Assembly: GCF_009914755.1 (NCBI RefSeq)
Contig: NC_060934.1
DNA: 64,000 nt
Direction: 5' to 3' (one strand)
Source: the human T2T-CHM13v2.0 reference genome, Homo sapiens
Position numbers and translations under genes: made by a program. This document shows, in pieces, positions 28,536 through 46,071 of the stretch; position 1 is the stretch's first letter; every line of letters begins with the position of its first letter. The notes below the pieces were generated by a model that did not search any database, was not told the origin of the DNA, and saw only the letters and a list, made by a program, of their open reading frames with translations.

Positions 28536-28577
28536 TGCCTCCAGGGCACATATCGTTGCCTCCAGGGCACATATCAT
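28536..28577. repeat. 21-bp tandem duplication
   Basis: TGCCTCCAGGGCACATATC(G/A)T twice. Confidence 0.9.
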
Positions 28578-29424
28578 TCTGAGCTTTTTTACTATTATCT
28601 ATCTATCTGTCATCTATTTATCTATTTATTTATTTTTGAGACAGGGTCTCACTCTGTCACCCAGGCTGGAGTGAGTGGCAGGATCACAGCTCACTGCAGC
28701 CTCAAAATCCTGGGCTCAAATGATTTTCCTGCCTCAGCCTGAGAGTAGCTGGGACTACAGGTGCATGCCACTATGCCTGGCTAATTTTTAAATTTTTTTT
28801 GTAGAGATGGGTCTCACTATGTTGCCAAGGCTGATCTCGAACTCCTGACCTCAAGTGATGCTCCTGCCTTGGCCTCCCATCGTGTTGGGATCAGAGGCGT
28901 GAGCCACCTCACCTGGCCTGGATTATTTATTCTACTCGCCAATTGTCTGTCTTCCCCAGTGGACTGCTCTGTCTTGTTCAGCCCTATAAGGTATCCCCAG
29001 TGCCTTATTAGGCCCTCAATTTTTGTTTTGTTTTGTTTTGGGGGTGGCTGGATGAAGGAATGGATGGAGACCCTTCCTCCATCCTCAGGACGCCTCTTTT
29101 TAGGAACAAGGTGACCTGTTCTTTTGAGCTTGACCAGAGGGCAGAGGTAGAACAAGGAAAGCCTACGACGGGAAGAAAGATTGGAGTGGATTGAGAAGAA
29201 GAAGGATGAACAGCTGGATTAGAGAAATTGAGGCAGGCTGCGGAGACTCAAGGAGGTTTCCAAGGGCGAAGGGCCACGGGCAGAAGACGAGTGGAGCTGC
29301 ACTGAGCAGGTCCTGGCAGGGAGGACTGGGGCTGGAATAGGTGGGCCTGCGGGTGGGGCGGGGCCGACGGGGGGGTTGATGGTCCTGTGATGGGGCGGGG
29401 CGGGAGGGAGGCGGGTCCTACAGC

Positions 29425-29510
29425 GGGAGGCGGGGCCTGTGATGGTCCGGGGAGGGAGGCGGGGCTTATGATGGGCCGGGGAGGGAGGCGGGGCCTGTGA
29501 TGGGGGCGGG
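29425..29510 (+). repeat. 29-bp GC-rich tandem repeat (3 copies, plus a degenerate copy upstream)
   Basis: GGGAGGCGGGGCCTGTGATGG(T/G)CCGGGGA units at 29425, 29454 and 29483. Confidence 0.85.
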
Positions 29511-29592
29511 CCCTACGGCGGGCGGGGCGGGGTTCGGGTGCGAGGCCGGTCCTGCAGGCGGCAGCCAGAGCTGCGCGCCGCGGCGGCGGAAG

Positions 29593-29647
29593 ATGGCTGC
29601 GGCCGAGGTGGCGGACACTCAGCTGATGCTTGGAGTCGGGCTGATCG
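29593..29647 (+). CDS. DENND10: DENND10 (FAM45A) exon 1
   Basis: MAAAEVADTQLMLGVGLI+G, donor GTGAGG; 55 nt. Confidence 0.95.
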
Positions 29648-31128
29648 GTGAGGACGTAGGCGCCCTGCCTGGAAGCCCGCACCCTGGTTCTGCCTCTGCT
29701 CCACCTCGGCCCGGGGCAGCCCGGGCTCCCGCGGCCCCCGGCGCCGACCGCATGAGGAGGGCGCGGCCCCCTCCCTGTTGGGCCTGGACTGGGGACTGCG
29801 GAGCCCGGCCTCCTTGGTGCAGGGGACCCGGCCCGCCGCCCTCGCCCGCCCGCCCGCGGCCGCCTGTGGGGCCTGCCCGGCCCGAGGGAGCCCGGGGACC
29901 TCCAAGATTCCGGGGTGGAGCTCCCCCTGCACGCCCCGGGTTGCCCGGCGGAGCCGGGACGTCGAGCGCTCCCAGGCTGGGCAGCTGCGAGGGGCGCTGC
30001 GCGGGCGGGGCCGGGCCGGGCGGGAGCAGCCGGCTGGCGGCGCGGCGCGGCGGGGAGAAGGCAGGGTCCGGTTCCCCCGAGCCGGGGGCGGGCGGCTGCC
30101 TCGGAGCCACGGGTGACTGCCCGCCCGGGCGGCCCCCATCGTGGGACCGGGCAGCTGGAGACTGCTGGGCCGGGTGCTGCGCGTTGTACACACATTGTCT
30201 CCTTTTAGCTCTCACCAAGGACCGAGGGGCCGTGGGAAACGTCTGACGCCCACTTCACGGAGGAGCAAATGGAGGCCCAGGCCGTCATTGTGCACGGACA
30301 CACCATAGGCCGTACAGAGCCGGGAGTGGGACCCTCGCAGTGTAGCCCAGAGCCCCCAACCCCCACCAGTGGAGAGCTCCTGCATCATGTGATCGAGCTT
30401 GTGCATAAATAAAGCAGGAGTTTCTACACAATCCTGTGTGGTGGAATCTCGGTTAGCTCTGAGGAATGTAATTATCTTCCATAATTAAAAAATATCACAC
30501 GGGGATCTTTGGGCAGCCTCGTGCAGTATTTAGAGGATGGAACCCGTTGGTTCCCTTCGAAAAAGTTTTATTTTCCCGAGATTTTTGCACACCCCTAAAC
30601 TCTTTCTATTCCCCAAGTGCGCAATAACATTGCTTAGGCTTTAGCAAAACTGAAGAAATATGCTGATTATTTTTCAGTGCCTCAAAGCAGTGCGTTTATG
30701 TGGGAATCGCTTACTGTTTTTATTTCTTTGTCTTTCTTCTTTTTTTTTTTTTTAGACGGGGTCTCCCTCTTATCCAGGCTGGAGTGCAGTAGCGCAATCA
30801 CCGCTCTCTGCAGCCTCCACCTCCCAGGCCCAAACCATCCTCCCGCCTCGGCCTCCGAGTAGCTGGGACCTCAGGCGTGCACCACCACCCGATTAATTTT
30901 TGTATTTTTTGTGGAGATGGGATACCGACATGTTGTCCAGGTGGATTACTGTATTTATTTCTAATGTGATTTTCAAACTGCTTCAAAACAAAACCTAAGT
31001 AACTTAGTTTCTCCAGAAGGTACTTTTGAACTAAGGCTAAGTTAAACTGTCTTTATCTACTAATAGCAAATAAAAAGATGACATATGATCATATTTTGAA
31101 CTCAGCAGTTTTTTAATTAATCACACTA

Positions 31129-31374
<246 letters not shown>

Positions 31375-32334
31375 TCATGCCTGTAATCCTAGCACTTTGG
31401 GAGGCTGAGGCAGGTGGATCAATTGAGGCTGGGAGTTGATCAGCCTGGCCAATATAGCGAGACCCTGTCTTCACTAAAAAGGCAAAAAATTAACTGGGCG
31501 TGGTGGTGCACACCTGTAATCTCAGCTACTTAGGAGGCTGAGGCAGGAGAATCACTTGAACCCGGGAGGTGGAAGTTGCAGTGAGCTGAGATCAGAGGTG
31601 GAGGTTGCAGTGAGCTGAGATTGCGCCACCGCACTGCAGCCCAAGTGACAGAGTTAGACCCTGTCTCAGAGAGAGAAAAAAAAACAGAATGTGAGTGTCT
31701 TTTTTAGTATAATGATTTCTTTTCCTTTCGGCAGATACCCAGTAATGGGATTACTGGGTGGAATGGTAATTCTGTTTTCAATAACAATTTTTTATTTGTA
31801 GTCTTTAGAGACAGGGTCTCTCTCTGTTGACTAGGCTGGAATGCAGTGGTGCATAGCTCACGACAACCTCTGAATCTTGGGCTAACTTGATCCTCCCACC
31901 TTAGCTTCCTGAGTAGCTGGGACCATAGGCACACACCACCATGTCCAGCTAATTAAAATTTTTTTTTTGTAGAGATGCGGTCTCACTATGTGGCCCAGGT
32001 TGGTCTGGAACTTCTGGCCTCAGGCGATCCTCCTGGGTTCCCAAAGTGTTAGGATTATAGGCATGAGCCATTATGCTTGGCCTAAACAATTTTAAATACA
32101 AAATTCACACAGTTGGTATGCAACATGGTTTGAAATATTTCACTATTTTCTTCATCTCCGGTTTTGTTTTCGACAAACCTTTTCTATGTATTTATTAAAA
32201 ATTATTCGGCTGGGCACGGTGGCTCACGCCTATAATCCCAGCACTTTGGGGGGCCGAGGCAGGCAGATCATCTGAGGTGGGGAGTTCGAGACCAGCCTGA
32301 CCAATGTGGAGAAACCAAAACCCCATCTTTACTA

Positions 32335-32712
<378 letters not shown>

Positions 32713-33412
32713 CTAGCCTGGGTGACGGTGAGACTCCGCCTCAAAAAAAAAAAAAAGAATTATTCCAACTAGTTAAAAACTTAATGTAATTTTAGTTGAT
32801 AAGCATTTGTGTGGGAGGAGATAGGGAGAAACTCTAACATCTTTCTTTGTCTTTTTTTTTTTTTTTGAGACCAAGTTTTGCTCTGTTGCCCAGGCTAGAG
32901 TGCAGTGGCGTGATCTTGGCTGACTGCAACCTCTGCCTCCCGGGTTCAAGCAATTCTCTTGCCTTAGCCTCCTGAGTAGCTGGGATTACAGGCATGCCCC
33001 ACCACACCCGGCTAATTTTTGTATTATTAGTAGAGATGGGGTTTCTCCAGGTTGGTCAGGCTGGTCTCGAAGTCCCGACCTCAGGTAATCCACTCGCCTT
33101 GGCCTCCCAAAGTGATGGGATTACAAGCATGAGCCATCGTGCCCGGCCAAAACTCTACCATATCTCTAAGGCTGAATTTTCATTCATGGTTTGTTATAAA
33201 AACTTTTTACTCAGGTGGCCTGTAATTCAGGATCATGACAGCTAGATAATTTGAGCAGTAGAGATAGGTGGGAATTTGGGGTGTCAGGTATTGTGAGTTG
33301 CTTTGTAAGATGGGATGTTAAAACTGATTCCACTAAGTGTTTCTGAGTAACCAATCAATTCACTTCCTTGCTGCTGTTTGACATTCTCACAGTGACCATC
33401 TTTCCACCGTAG

Positions 33413-33609
33413 AAAAGGACACAAATGGAGAAGTTCTGTGGGTGTGGTGTTATCCTTCCACGACAGCCACATTAAGGAACCTGCTGCTGAGAAAATGCTG
33501 CCTTACAGATGAAAACAAACTTCTCCATCCCTTTGTCTTTGGTCAGTACAGAAGAACATGGTTTTATATCACAACAATTGAAGTTCCAGATTCTTCCATT
33601 TTGAAAAAG
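33413..33609 (+). CDS. DENND10: DENND10 exon 2
   Basis: tag|AAAAGGAC...TTGAAAAAG|gtatga; (E)KDTNGEVLWVWCYPS...SSILKK; 197 nt, phase fits exon 1. Confidence 0.95.
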
Positions 33610-33821
33610 GTATGATTGCGTGAAGGTAAAAAAAAAACCCCAAAATAGGCTGGGCGCGGTGGCTCATGCCTGTAATCCCAGCACTTTGGGAGGCTGAGGT
33701 CGGCAGATCACAAGGTCAAGAGATTCAGACCATCCTGGCCAGCAAGGTGAAACCCCATCTCTACTAAAAACACAAAAATTAGCTGGGCGTGGTGGCGCAC
33801 GCCTGTAGTCCCAGCTACTCA

Positions 33822-33953
<132 letters not shown>

Positions 33954-34006
33954 TTATTTTCATTGGGAATACTCTGTTTCACACTTCACTCTCATTCATT
34001 CTATAA

Positions 34007-34358
<352 letters not shown>

Positions 34359-34450
34359 TAGAAAGGCAGGCCGAGCGTGTTGGCTCAACGCCAGTAATCC
34401 CAGCATTTTGGGAGGCTGAGGCAGGCGCATCACCTGAGGTTGTGAGTTCA

Positions 34451-34651
<201 letters not shown>

Positions 34652-34977
34652 TCAAAAAAAAAAAAAAAAAAGAATTTAGAAAGGATATTTAAGGCAGCTT
34701 GTGTATTAAGTAGACTTTTCTTGGTGTGTTGTTTGATATGAACAGTATCAGTGTGACATGTGGAAGACTAGGATGTAATCGTGGACTTTCCTAATCCCAA
34801 GCAACCAGCAGGTTTTTTCAAAGAATAGAATATTGGAACAATACTTTATCTGAGCCTCTGGCATGTACCCAAACAGAGATTTTTTCCTGTTTTAGGGCTA
34901 ATTTATAGCCAATAGTGCGACTATGTGAAGCATGACTAGAATACCAGCTTAAATTTTAAAAATTACATTTAAAATAG

Positions 34978-35181
<204 letters not shown>

Positions 35182-35602
35182 TGAGTAGCTGGGATTACAG
35201 GCATTCGCCACCACGTCCAGCTAATTTTCTTTTTTTTTTTTTAACTTCAATTTTTAATTTTTATTTTTTGAGTCAGAGTCTCATTTTGTCACCCAGGCTG
35301 GAGTGCAATGGTGCAATCATGTCTTACTGCAGCCTTAATCTCCTGGGCCCAAGTGATCCTCCCTCCTCAGCTCCCTGAGTAGCTGGGAGCACATGTGTGC
35401 ACTACCATGCCCAGCTAGTTTTTAAATTTTTTGTAGAGATGAGGTCTCACTCTGTTGCCCAGGCTGGTCTTGAACTCCTGAGTTCAAGCGATCCTCCTGT
35501 CTTTTCTCCTAAAGTTCTGGGATTAACAGGCGCGAGCCACCGCACCTGGCCAAAAAGATAGGTTTCAATATGTAATGAAATCTTTGGTTTATTGCTCAAT
35601 AA

Positions 35603-35818
<216 letters not shown>

Positions 35819-36588
35819 TGAATTTTGTCTCATTAGTGGAAATATTAGGTATATGTTTATCAGAAATTTATAATATAGAGGCATATAAGTAAATGAAGGT
35901 TTTTTTCTTTTTTTGAGACAAAGTCTCACTCTGTCGCCCAGCCTGGAGTGCAGGGACAAAATCTCGGCTCACTGCAACCTCTGCCTCCTGGGTTCAAGCA
36001 ATTCCCTGCCTCAGCCTCCCGAGTAGCTGGGATTATAGGCACCTGCCACCATTCCTGGCTAATTTTTGTAGTTTTAGTTGAGACAGGGTTTCACCATCTT
36101 GGCCAGGCTGGTCTTGAACTCCTGACCTTGTGATCCACCTGCCTCGGCCTCCCAAAGTGCTGGGATTACAGATGTGAGCCATCATGCCCAGCCAAAACTT
36201 CTTATAATAGTACTTTTTAGCTTATGGCACCCTGCAGAGAGTTAGTTCAGGAGCTGTATGGTTGTTACTGAGATGTATTTTGTTGTTTTTCATCCTTTTA
36301 TAACGAAGAACAATTGCTATTCGACAGAGCTGTAGTGTGACTATGATTAAGAATAATCTATTAATTTCAAAATAGTTAGAATAATTTGAATGTTTTCAGC
36401 ATAAAGAAAAGATAAATAGTCTGGGTGCGGTGGCTGATGCCTGTAATCCCAGCACTTTGGGAGCTGAGGTGGGTGGATCATTTGAGGCCAGGAGTTCGAG
36501 ACCAGCCTGGCCAACAGAGTGAAACACTGTCTCTACTGAAAATACAAAAAATTAGCTGGGCATGGTGGTGTGCCTATAATCCCAGCTA

Positions 36589-36804
<216 letters not shown>

Positions 36805-37286
36805 TTAAGAGGCTGAGGCTGGAGGATCTCTTGAGCCCAGGAGTTCAAGTCCAGCCTAGGCAACATAGTGAGACCCCAACTCAAAAAAAAAAATAGGTAA
36901 AATAAAATAGTAAAAAAGTGTGGAGGAGAAAAGATAAGCAGTTGCTAAATTGGTGAGTCTGATTTAGCACTTCTTTCTTGTACTTTGATGAGATTAGGGG
37001 ACATTAAGTAGAAATGTACTTTTTTTATATTTGAGTGAAGTATTTTTGATTTCTGAAAATTTTTTCTCTAAATATTGCATTCTTATGTAGGAAATTCAAT
37101 ATATATGTATATGTAATACATATGCACATGCAGAAGTATAAAGAAGCAAGTGAGGACTTGTTAAATTTTGGTCTTTTTCTTTTAATACTGTTGTGTCTTA
37201 TACAAAAGGTTTGTTAGAATATAGTAATAAAAATTCTGCTAAAGTGTATTTAAAAAGTGTATTTTTTTGTTGTTTCTTTTGAACAG

Positions 37287-37366
37287 GTGACTCATTTTTC
37301 TATTGTCCTGACCGCCAAAGATTTTAACCCAGAGAAGTATGCTGCCTTCACTAGGATATTGTGTAG
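37287..37366 (+). CDS. DENND10: DENND10 exon 3
   Basis: cag|GTGACT...TGTAG|gtctgt; VTHFSIVLTAKDFNPEKYAAFTRILC(R); 80 nt. Confidence 0.95.
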
Positions 37367-38249
37367 GTCTGTATAAAAATTGTATTAAATGCTAATATAC
37401 AAAATGAAGACCTTAGTATAGTTACATAGCAGATTTCTACACTGAGAAAGCAAAGTTCAGCCTTGTGTCTCCCCAGCATAATCTTTAGTAGCCCTTCACA
37501 GACTGTAAAGACGGCCTTTCTCTTTTGCTCTGTTGATACTTCTCTTATTTGGGTAAATGATCTAGGGGAAGAGAAGGAGCAGTTTTATAGCTATTGTAGC
37601 TCCTGGGTGTTTTGAATCACTTCCTACTTTTGATCTGTTACTTCTGTTCACTTCCAGTCTAGAATTCCCTTAGTAGGTTGGATAAGTTAAGGGCCTTATG
37701 ACATGGTAAACTGGTTCGTATGTGTCAAGGTCTGTGTGTACAGTCATTTTGGGGAAAGAATTATGCCGAAGCACAATAACACATTTCTTAGCTGGAATGC
37801 TGAGAAGCTAGGGAATTCTGATTAACTGGTTAGTCACGATTCAGCTAGACTCTTTTAGTTTCATCTCCATTGTTGAAAAATTTATCTAAAATATACCAGT
37901 CTATTTTCTTTTCTTTTTCTTTTTCTTTTTCTTTTTTTTTTTTTTTTTGAGACAGGGTCTCACTCTGTTGCTCAGACTGGAGTGCAGCGGCTTCATCATG
38001 GCTCACTGCAGTCTTGACCTCCCAGGACTCAGGTGATCCTCCCACCTCAGCCTCCCATGTAGCAAGGACTGCAGGTGCGCACTTCCATGCCTAGCCAATT
38101 TTTTATATTTTTTGTAGAGACAGGGTTTCACCATGTTGCCCAGGCTGGTTTCAAACTCCTGAGCTCAAGTGATCTGCTCATGTTGGCCTCCCAAAGTGCT
38201 GGGATTATAGGCGTGATGAAACTCTTTTTTTATGTGTTAAAGATATTAG

Positions 38250-38643
<394 letters not shown>

Positions 38644-39703
38644 TAGCGACACGGTCTTGCTCTTTTGCCTAGCTTGGAGTGCAGTGGCATGATCATAGCT
38701 CACTGTAACCTTGAACTCCTGGGCTGAAGCAGTCCTCTCACCTCAGCCTCCCAAGTAGTTAGGACTACAGGTGTGTGCCACTGCTCCTGGCTAATTAAAA
38801 AATATATATATATTTTGTAGAAAGGTGGTCTTACTATGTTGCCCAGGCTGGTCTTGAACTCCTGGGGTCAAGTGATCCTCTGCCTTGGCTTTTCAAAGCG
38901 CTGAGATTACAAACGTGAGCCACTGCACCTAGCCCTTTAAAAAAAAAAATGTTGTTACTAGATAGAATTATAATTCTAGGTGTCATGTTACCGTCAGGCT
39001 TTTCCCTAATACAGAGATTTTTGGGGGCACTGAGGGTGAAGGGAATTGTTTTTGTTTTATAAGCCTAATAAATGGTAGGCTTTTGGCTATTTTTGTGCGT
39101 GAATGTATATACACACACCAAAAGAAGCAAAAAAAAAAAAAAGAGAAAAACTCTATCATAAGACTATCTTCTCATTACCTAAGGGTTTCAGTTAGATTAT
39201 ATCTTGGCTAAATGAGATTTCACCATTTTTGCAACCAGCCAGAATAAAAAAGCTTCCTACTCTCATAAGAACCAGGTGAATGTCTCACTGTGGATAAACA
39301 GTTGTCTGCTAATGTGGCACTTACACAAAGGGAGATTATTATTGCCAGAAAAGACGCTATCCAGAAGCCATAAACTAAAAACACTACAGAGGTATTTTTG
39401 AACAAACATTGGACTCCCATTTCATTTGGTTGAGTCAGGGTTATGTTGCTCAACTGAATTCACTGGGAAATATTCTGGAGTCCAAAAGGCAAGGTTGCTT
39501 CAGACCCCACTTCCTGCCCAGAAGGAGGCCCAGAGGGTTTCTCAGCTTGTGCAGTGCGTGGCATTGTAGTATCCTGGATTTCTTCTCCCGTCACAGTGCA
39601 AGAGAAGTGAGGACTCGGAGCTACTGCCAGCCGCCTCCTCTGCTTCCTGCCCCTTCATGCAGCACTATGCTCACTCTTGCATGTATGCACATCCAAGTAT
39701 TTG

Positions 39704-39704
<1 letters not shown>

Positions 39705-39731
<27 letters not shown>
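39705..39731. repeat. (CA)n microsatellite
   Basis: Read directly. Confidence 0.95.
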
Positions 39732-39734
<3 letters not shown>

Positions 39735-40235
39735 CTGTGTGTACATGCACACACTCATAGGCAAAGACTTCTTTTCTTCATGACAGTTTAACATGGAGTT
39801 GCCTCCCTCCATTTCTGGTGAGGAGCAGGCAGGCGTGCCTTCCACACACAGCTTGCTGCTCACAGTGGCAGCAGAAGCCCGCAGGAGGGAACCTCATTCC
39901 CTATGTGGCTGCAGGTTCACTGCTGTGGTCCTCTTCAGCCTCTAGTCGCTTGCTGCTAGTGGCCCTGCTAGAGAACCGGGGTTTCATGCACACTTACAGT
40001 CAGCTGTCCAGGCCTCGATGTGTGGCAGCCTATGGATGTCTATCTGAACAAGGTGCTTGGGGTCGCACTGTGGGCTTTTCCTGTGGAGTAGTTTTGGGGG
40101 GATTTCCCCCTCTGTTTTATCTCTCCTGGCCCAGGGTTGTCATGTAGGAAGTCATCTTATCCTACCAACCTTATGTTTCTCTTCTCTATTACTGTGTATT
40201 GTTTCTATTTTATAATTTTTTTTTTTTTGAGATAG

Positions 40236-40442
<207 letters not shown>

Positions 40443-40810
40443 TAAAGTGAGCCTCTTGCCTCGGCCTCCTAGAGTGCAGAGATTATAAGCATGAGCCACA
40501 GTGCTTGGCCTCTATTTTAGAAAGCTAATGGCATTTTGGTTTTTTGTTGTTGGTAGTAATAAAGCACATTTAGAAACACAGGAGAATATGCAGTGAAAAC
40601 TGAGCTGCCGCCTCCTCCTGTTCCCAGACTCCAGTTCTACCTCCTGATCCCCACCCCACACAACTCCCGTGACCTCCTTCTTTATATCCTATCAGAGAAG
40701 TTTTTCTCCCTGTGTGAGCCTGTGTGTGAGCTCCTGGGTTTGAATGTATTTTACATGTGTGAAAGCTCACCACATTCATTGTTCTCTACTTTTTTTCCGT
40801 CAAGTTGTGA

Positions 40811-41097
<287 letters not shown>

Positions 41098-41191
41098 GAA
41101 TTGGTAATTTTTAAAAAAACACTGATGATTGACAAAAGTTGGCAAGCAGTTAAAACACTTGCTTTTTTCATTTAGTCTATGATAAATATAA

Positions 41192-41440
<249 letters not shown>

Positions 41441-42052
41441 TGATCCGCCCACCTTGGCCTCCCAAAGTGCCGTGATTACAGGCATGAGTCACTGTGCCCG
41501 GCCCTCAAGTGATCTGTCTTAAATATGTTTTATTTTCTTCCCGATTTTCTATCCCACCAGCTCCTGAAAGGCCCAAATAGACCCAGTCATGTTTCTCAAG
41601 CAAAATTTAATTTTAGTTGCTCACAGGAAGAGATTTCAAGGGGAAGAGACGGATTCCACATGTGAGCTATAAATGCAGCCAGTTTCCTGTCAGCATTTTC
41701 TAGAAGCTTTAACTTGACGATGAATGTCTAATGTGCATTTATCACCAGAAACCTAAAGGAGTTTTGATTTCTTAATTATCTAAATATAGCTACCTCTGGG
41801 AACTCATTTAATAATAAGTATGGGTTCTACAACTAATTACTGGTTTCTCTGTGAACAGTGCGTAAAACTCCTTTCTCGTCAAAGGAAATCTCAGTGATAA
41901 AACAGAGTTGTATGACTGAGAACCCCAGTTGTGAATGTAAGACACAGGATAAGTGCACAACATTCTTGAGAATCCTGGGACCTCAGGAAGTTCGTACTTC
42001 ATTCTCCTGCCTTAGTACAACAAGGGGCTCCCAGATGTAAGGAGATGGCTGA

Positions 42053-42217
<165 letters not shown>

Positions 42218-42943
42218 TGAGTAGCTGGGATTACAGGCATGTACTGCCACACCTGGCTAATTTTTTTTTTTTTTTGGTATTTTTAGTAGAGGTGAGGTTT
42301 TGCCATGTTGGCCAGGCTGGTCTCCAACTTCTGACCTCAGGTGATTCGCCTGCTTTGCCCTCCCAAAGTGCTAGGATTACAGGCATGAGCCACTGCGCCC
42401 GGCTGCTTTTTCTTTGAAATATATTTTTAATTTAGAGAGAAATGATGCTACTTGAAAGTAATACTACTTTCTACATGAAAAGATTCAAGCATTCAGGCCA
42501 AGCGCAGTAACTCAGCAGTAAGTGCAGTAAGTGCAGCTGTAATCCCAGCACTTTAGGAGGCTGAGGTGGGCGGATTACCTGAGGTCAGGAGTTTGAGACC
42601 AGCCTGGCCAACATGGTGAGACCCCGACTCTACTAAAATTACAAAACTTAGCAGGGTGTGGTGGTGCACACCTGTAATCCCAGGTACTCGGGAGGCTGAG
42701 GCAGGAAAAACACTTGAACCCAGGAGGTGGAGGTTTCAGTGAGCCAAGATTGCACCATTGCACTCCAGCCCGGGCGACAGAGTGAGACTCTGTCTCAAAA
42801 AAAACAGAAGAGTGAAGCATTCAGAAGGGCAGTAGCAAGGTGGCCTCGGATTCTTGAGAAGGCACCCATACCAGCCTGGGTGCACATCTGTACATGATTT
42901 GTGCCAAATGAAATCACAGTTGCTTTGTTGTCCTTTCTTACAG

Positions 42944-43092
42944 AATGTACCTGAAACATGGGAGCCCAGTTAAAATGATGGAGAGTTATATTGCAGTTCT
43001 CACAAAGGGGATATGCCAGAGTGAAGAAAACGGCTCTTTCCTTAGTAAGGATTTTGATGCCCGAAAGGCCTACCTGGCTGGCTCCATCAAAG
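42944..43092 (+). CDS. DENND10: DENND10 exon 4
   Basis: cag|AATGTAC...AAAG|gtaaga; [22 protein letters not shown]...LAGSIK; 149 nt. Confidence 0.95.
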
Positions 43093-43285
43093 GTAAGAAG
43101 GGAAAAAACAGGCCAGGGACGGTGGCTCACGCCTGTAATCCCAACACTTTGGGAGGCCAAGGCGGGTGGATCACGAGGTCAGGAGATCGAGACCATCCTG
43201 GTTAACATGGTGAAACCTCGTCTCCACTAAAAATACAAAAAATTAGCCGGGCGTGGTGGCACCCGCCTGTGATCCCAGCTACTCA

Positions 43286-43513
<228 letters not shown>

Positions 43514-44096
43514 TTATCTAATTAGAATTATCTAGTTATTAGATAATTCTAATCCTTCCATACGTTATTTTCATTTACATATTTTTCATATCATTTGTAC
43601 ACAAGAGGGTGCCTTTAACCCCCGTATTTCCTTATTGAGTTAGAATTCTCTCAGAGGAAAACAGGTTTTTGTGGTGTTTGTTTCCATATTATTCTATTGG
43701 CTATTTTAGAAATATTTTCTCGCTGGTGGGCTGAATTTTGTGCCTCGAGGTCTTCATGGATTACATTTCTTTTCTTAGATCTTAGCAGTTATCTCTGTCA
43801 TCTGAAGAGCCCAAGGCCTTGACCACAAACTCCTAATTTAAGTTCCAGCTGGAAAATCCAAAATGCAGACAGCTCAGGCCTAAGCCACAGACTTCAGGGT
43901 CCCTGAGCAGGAGGCGAGGGGAACTCTGAAGGCGAGGCTGCCCTCTGTCATGTCCTCCCATGGTGCCCATCTGTCTTTCCTTTTGATCCCGCTGTTCTTT
44001 GAATTTTCTCAGCATCCCTGTTGAGGTGGTAGGTGTTTGTCAGGCTAACTTAAGGACTTAAGTAATTATACTGGGGGACATGGGGGAGTTAATAGA

Positions 44097-45175
<1,079 letters not shown>

Positions 45176-45394
45176 TAATGATACAGAAAGATGCTGGTTC
45201 CCTTCACATCAGTTGTTTCAGTTTTTTGTGAGTCTAGCTTCCTCTATGCATCCCATCATAGAGTCCCTTGCGGGGCAGAGCACACGTCCTGGGAAGCTGA
45301 CATAGGATAGATCTACTCTTCCACCAAATAAAGTGTTTGTATGCTTTACAACATTTGCCTAAATTCTCTGTATTAAAAATAATTTTGTACGTCA

Positions 45395-45876
<482 letters not shown>

Positions 45877-46071
45877 GTATCACCTCTAATTATAAAAAAG
45901 TGTTAACTTTGTTGGCAGACAGTTCGCAGCACTAGATGTTACTGTGTGCTCTGCTGTGTTGCACATTTGCTATAAATAGCATGTGGTGAAATACCACCTT
46001 TGGTCTGAAGTTTCTGTTTAGCTCTAGTAGTTCAAGGTTACTGATTTGGACTATTTATGACTATTTTAGAG

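Larger units (their letters stand above)
29340..30360. promoter_or_regulatory. CpG island / DENND10 promoter
   Basis: GC- and CpG-rich with many GGGCGG boxes. ETS/YY1-like CGGAAGATGGC overlaps the start codon. Confidence 0.9.

Noticed and set aside
29248-30246. 199-315 aa ORFs on both strands at the DENND10 promoter
   Set aside because: GC-rich shadow ORFs. Only 29593-29647 is supported by splice signals and the downstream exons.
45877-45886. GTATCACC donor as a possible U12-type intron
   Set aside because: Does not match GTATCCTT, and no TCCTTAAC branch site is seen before exon 6.
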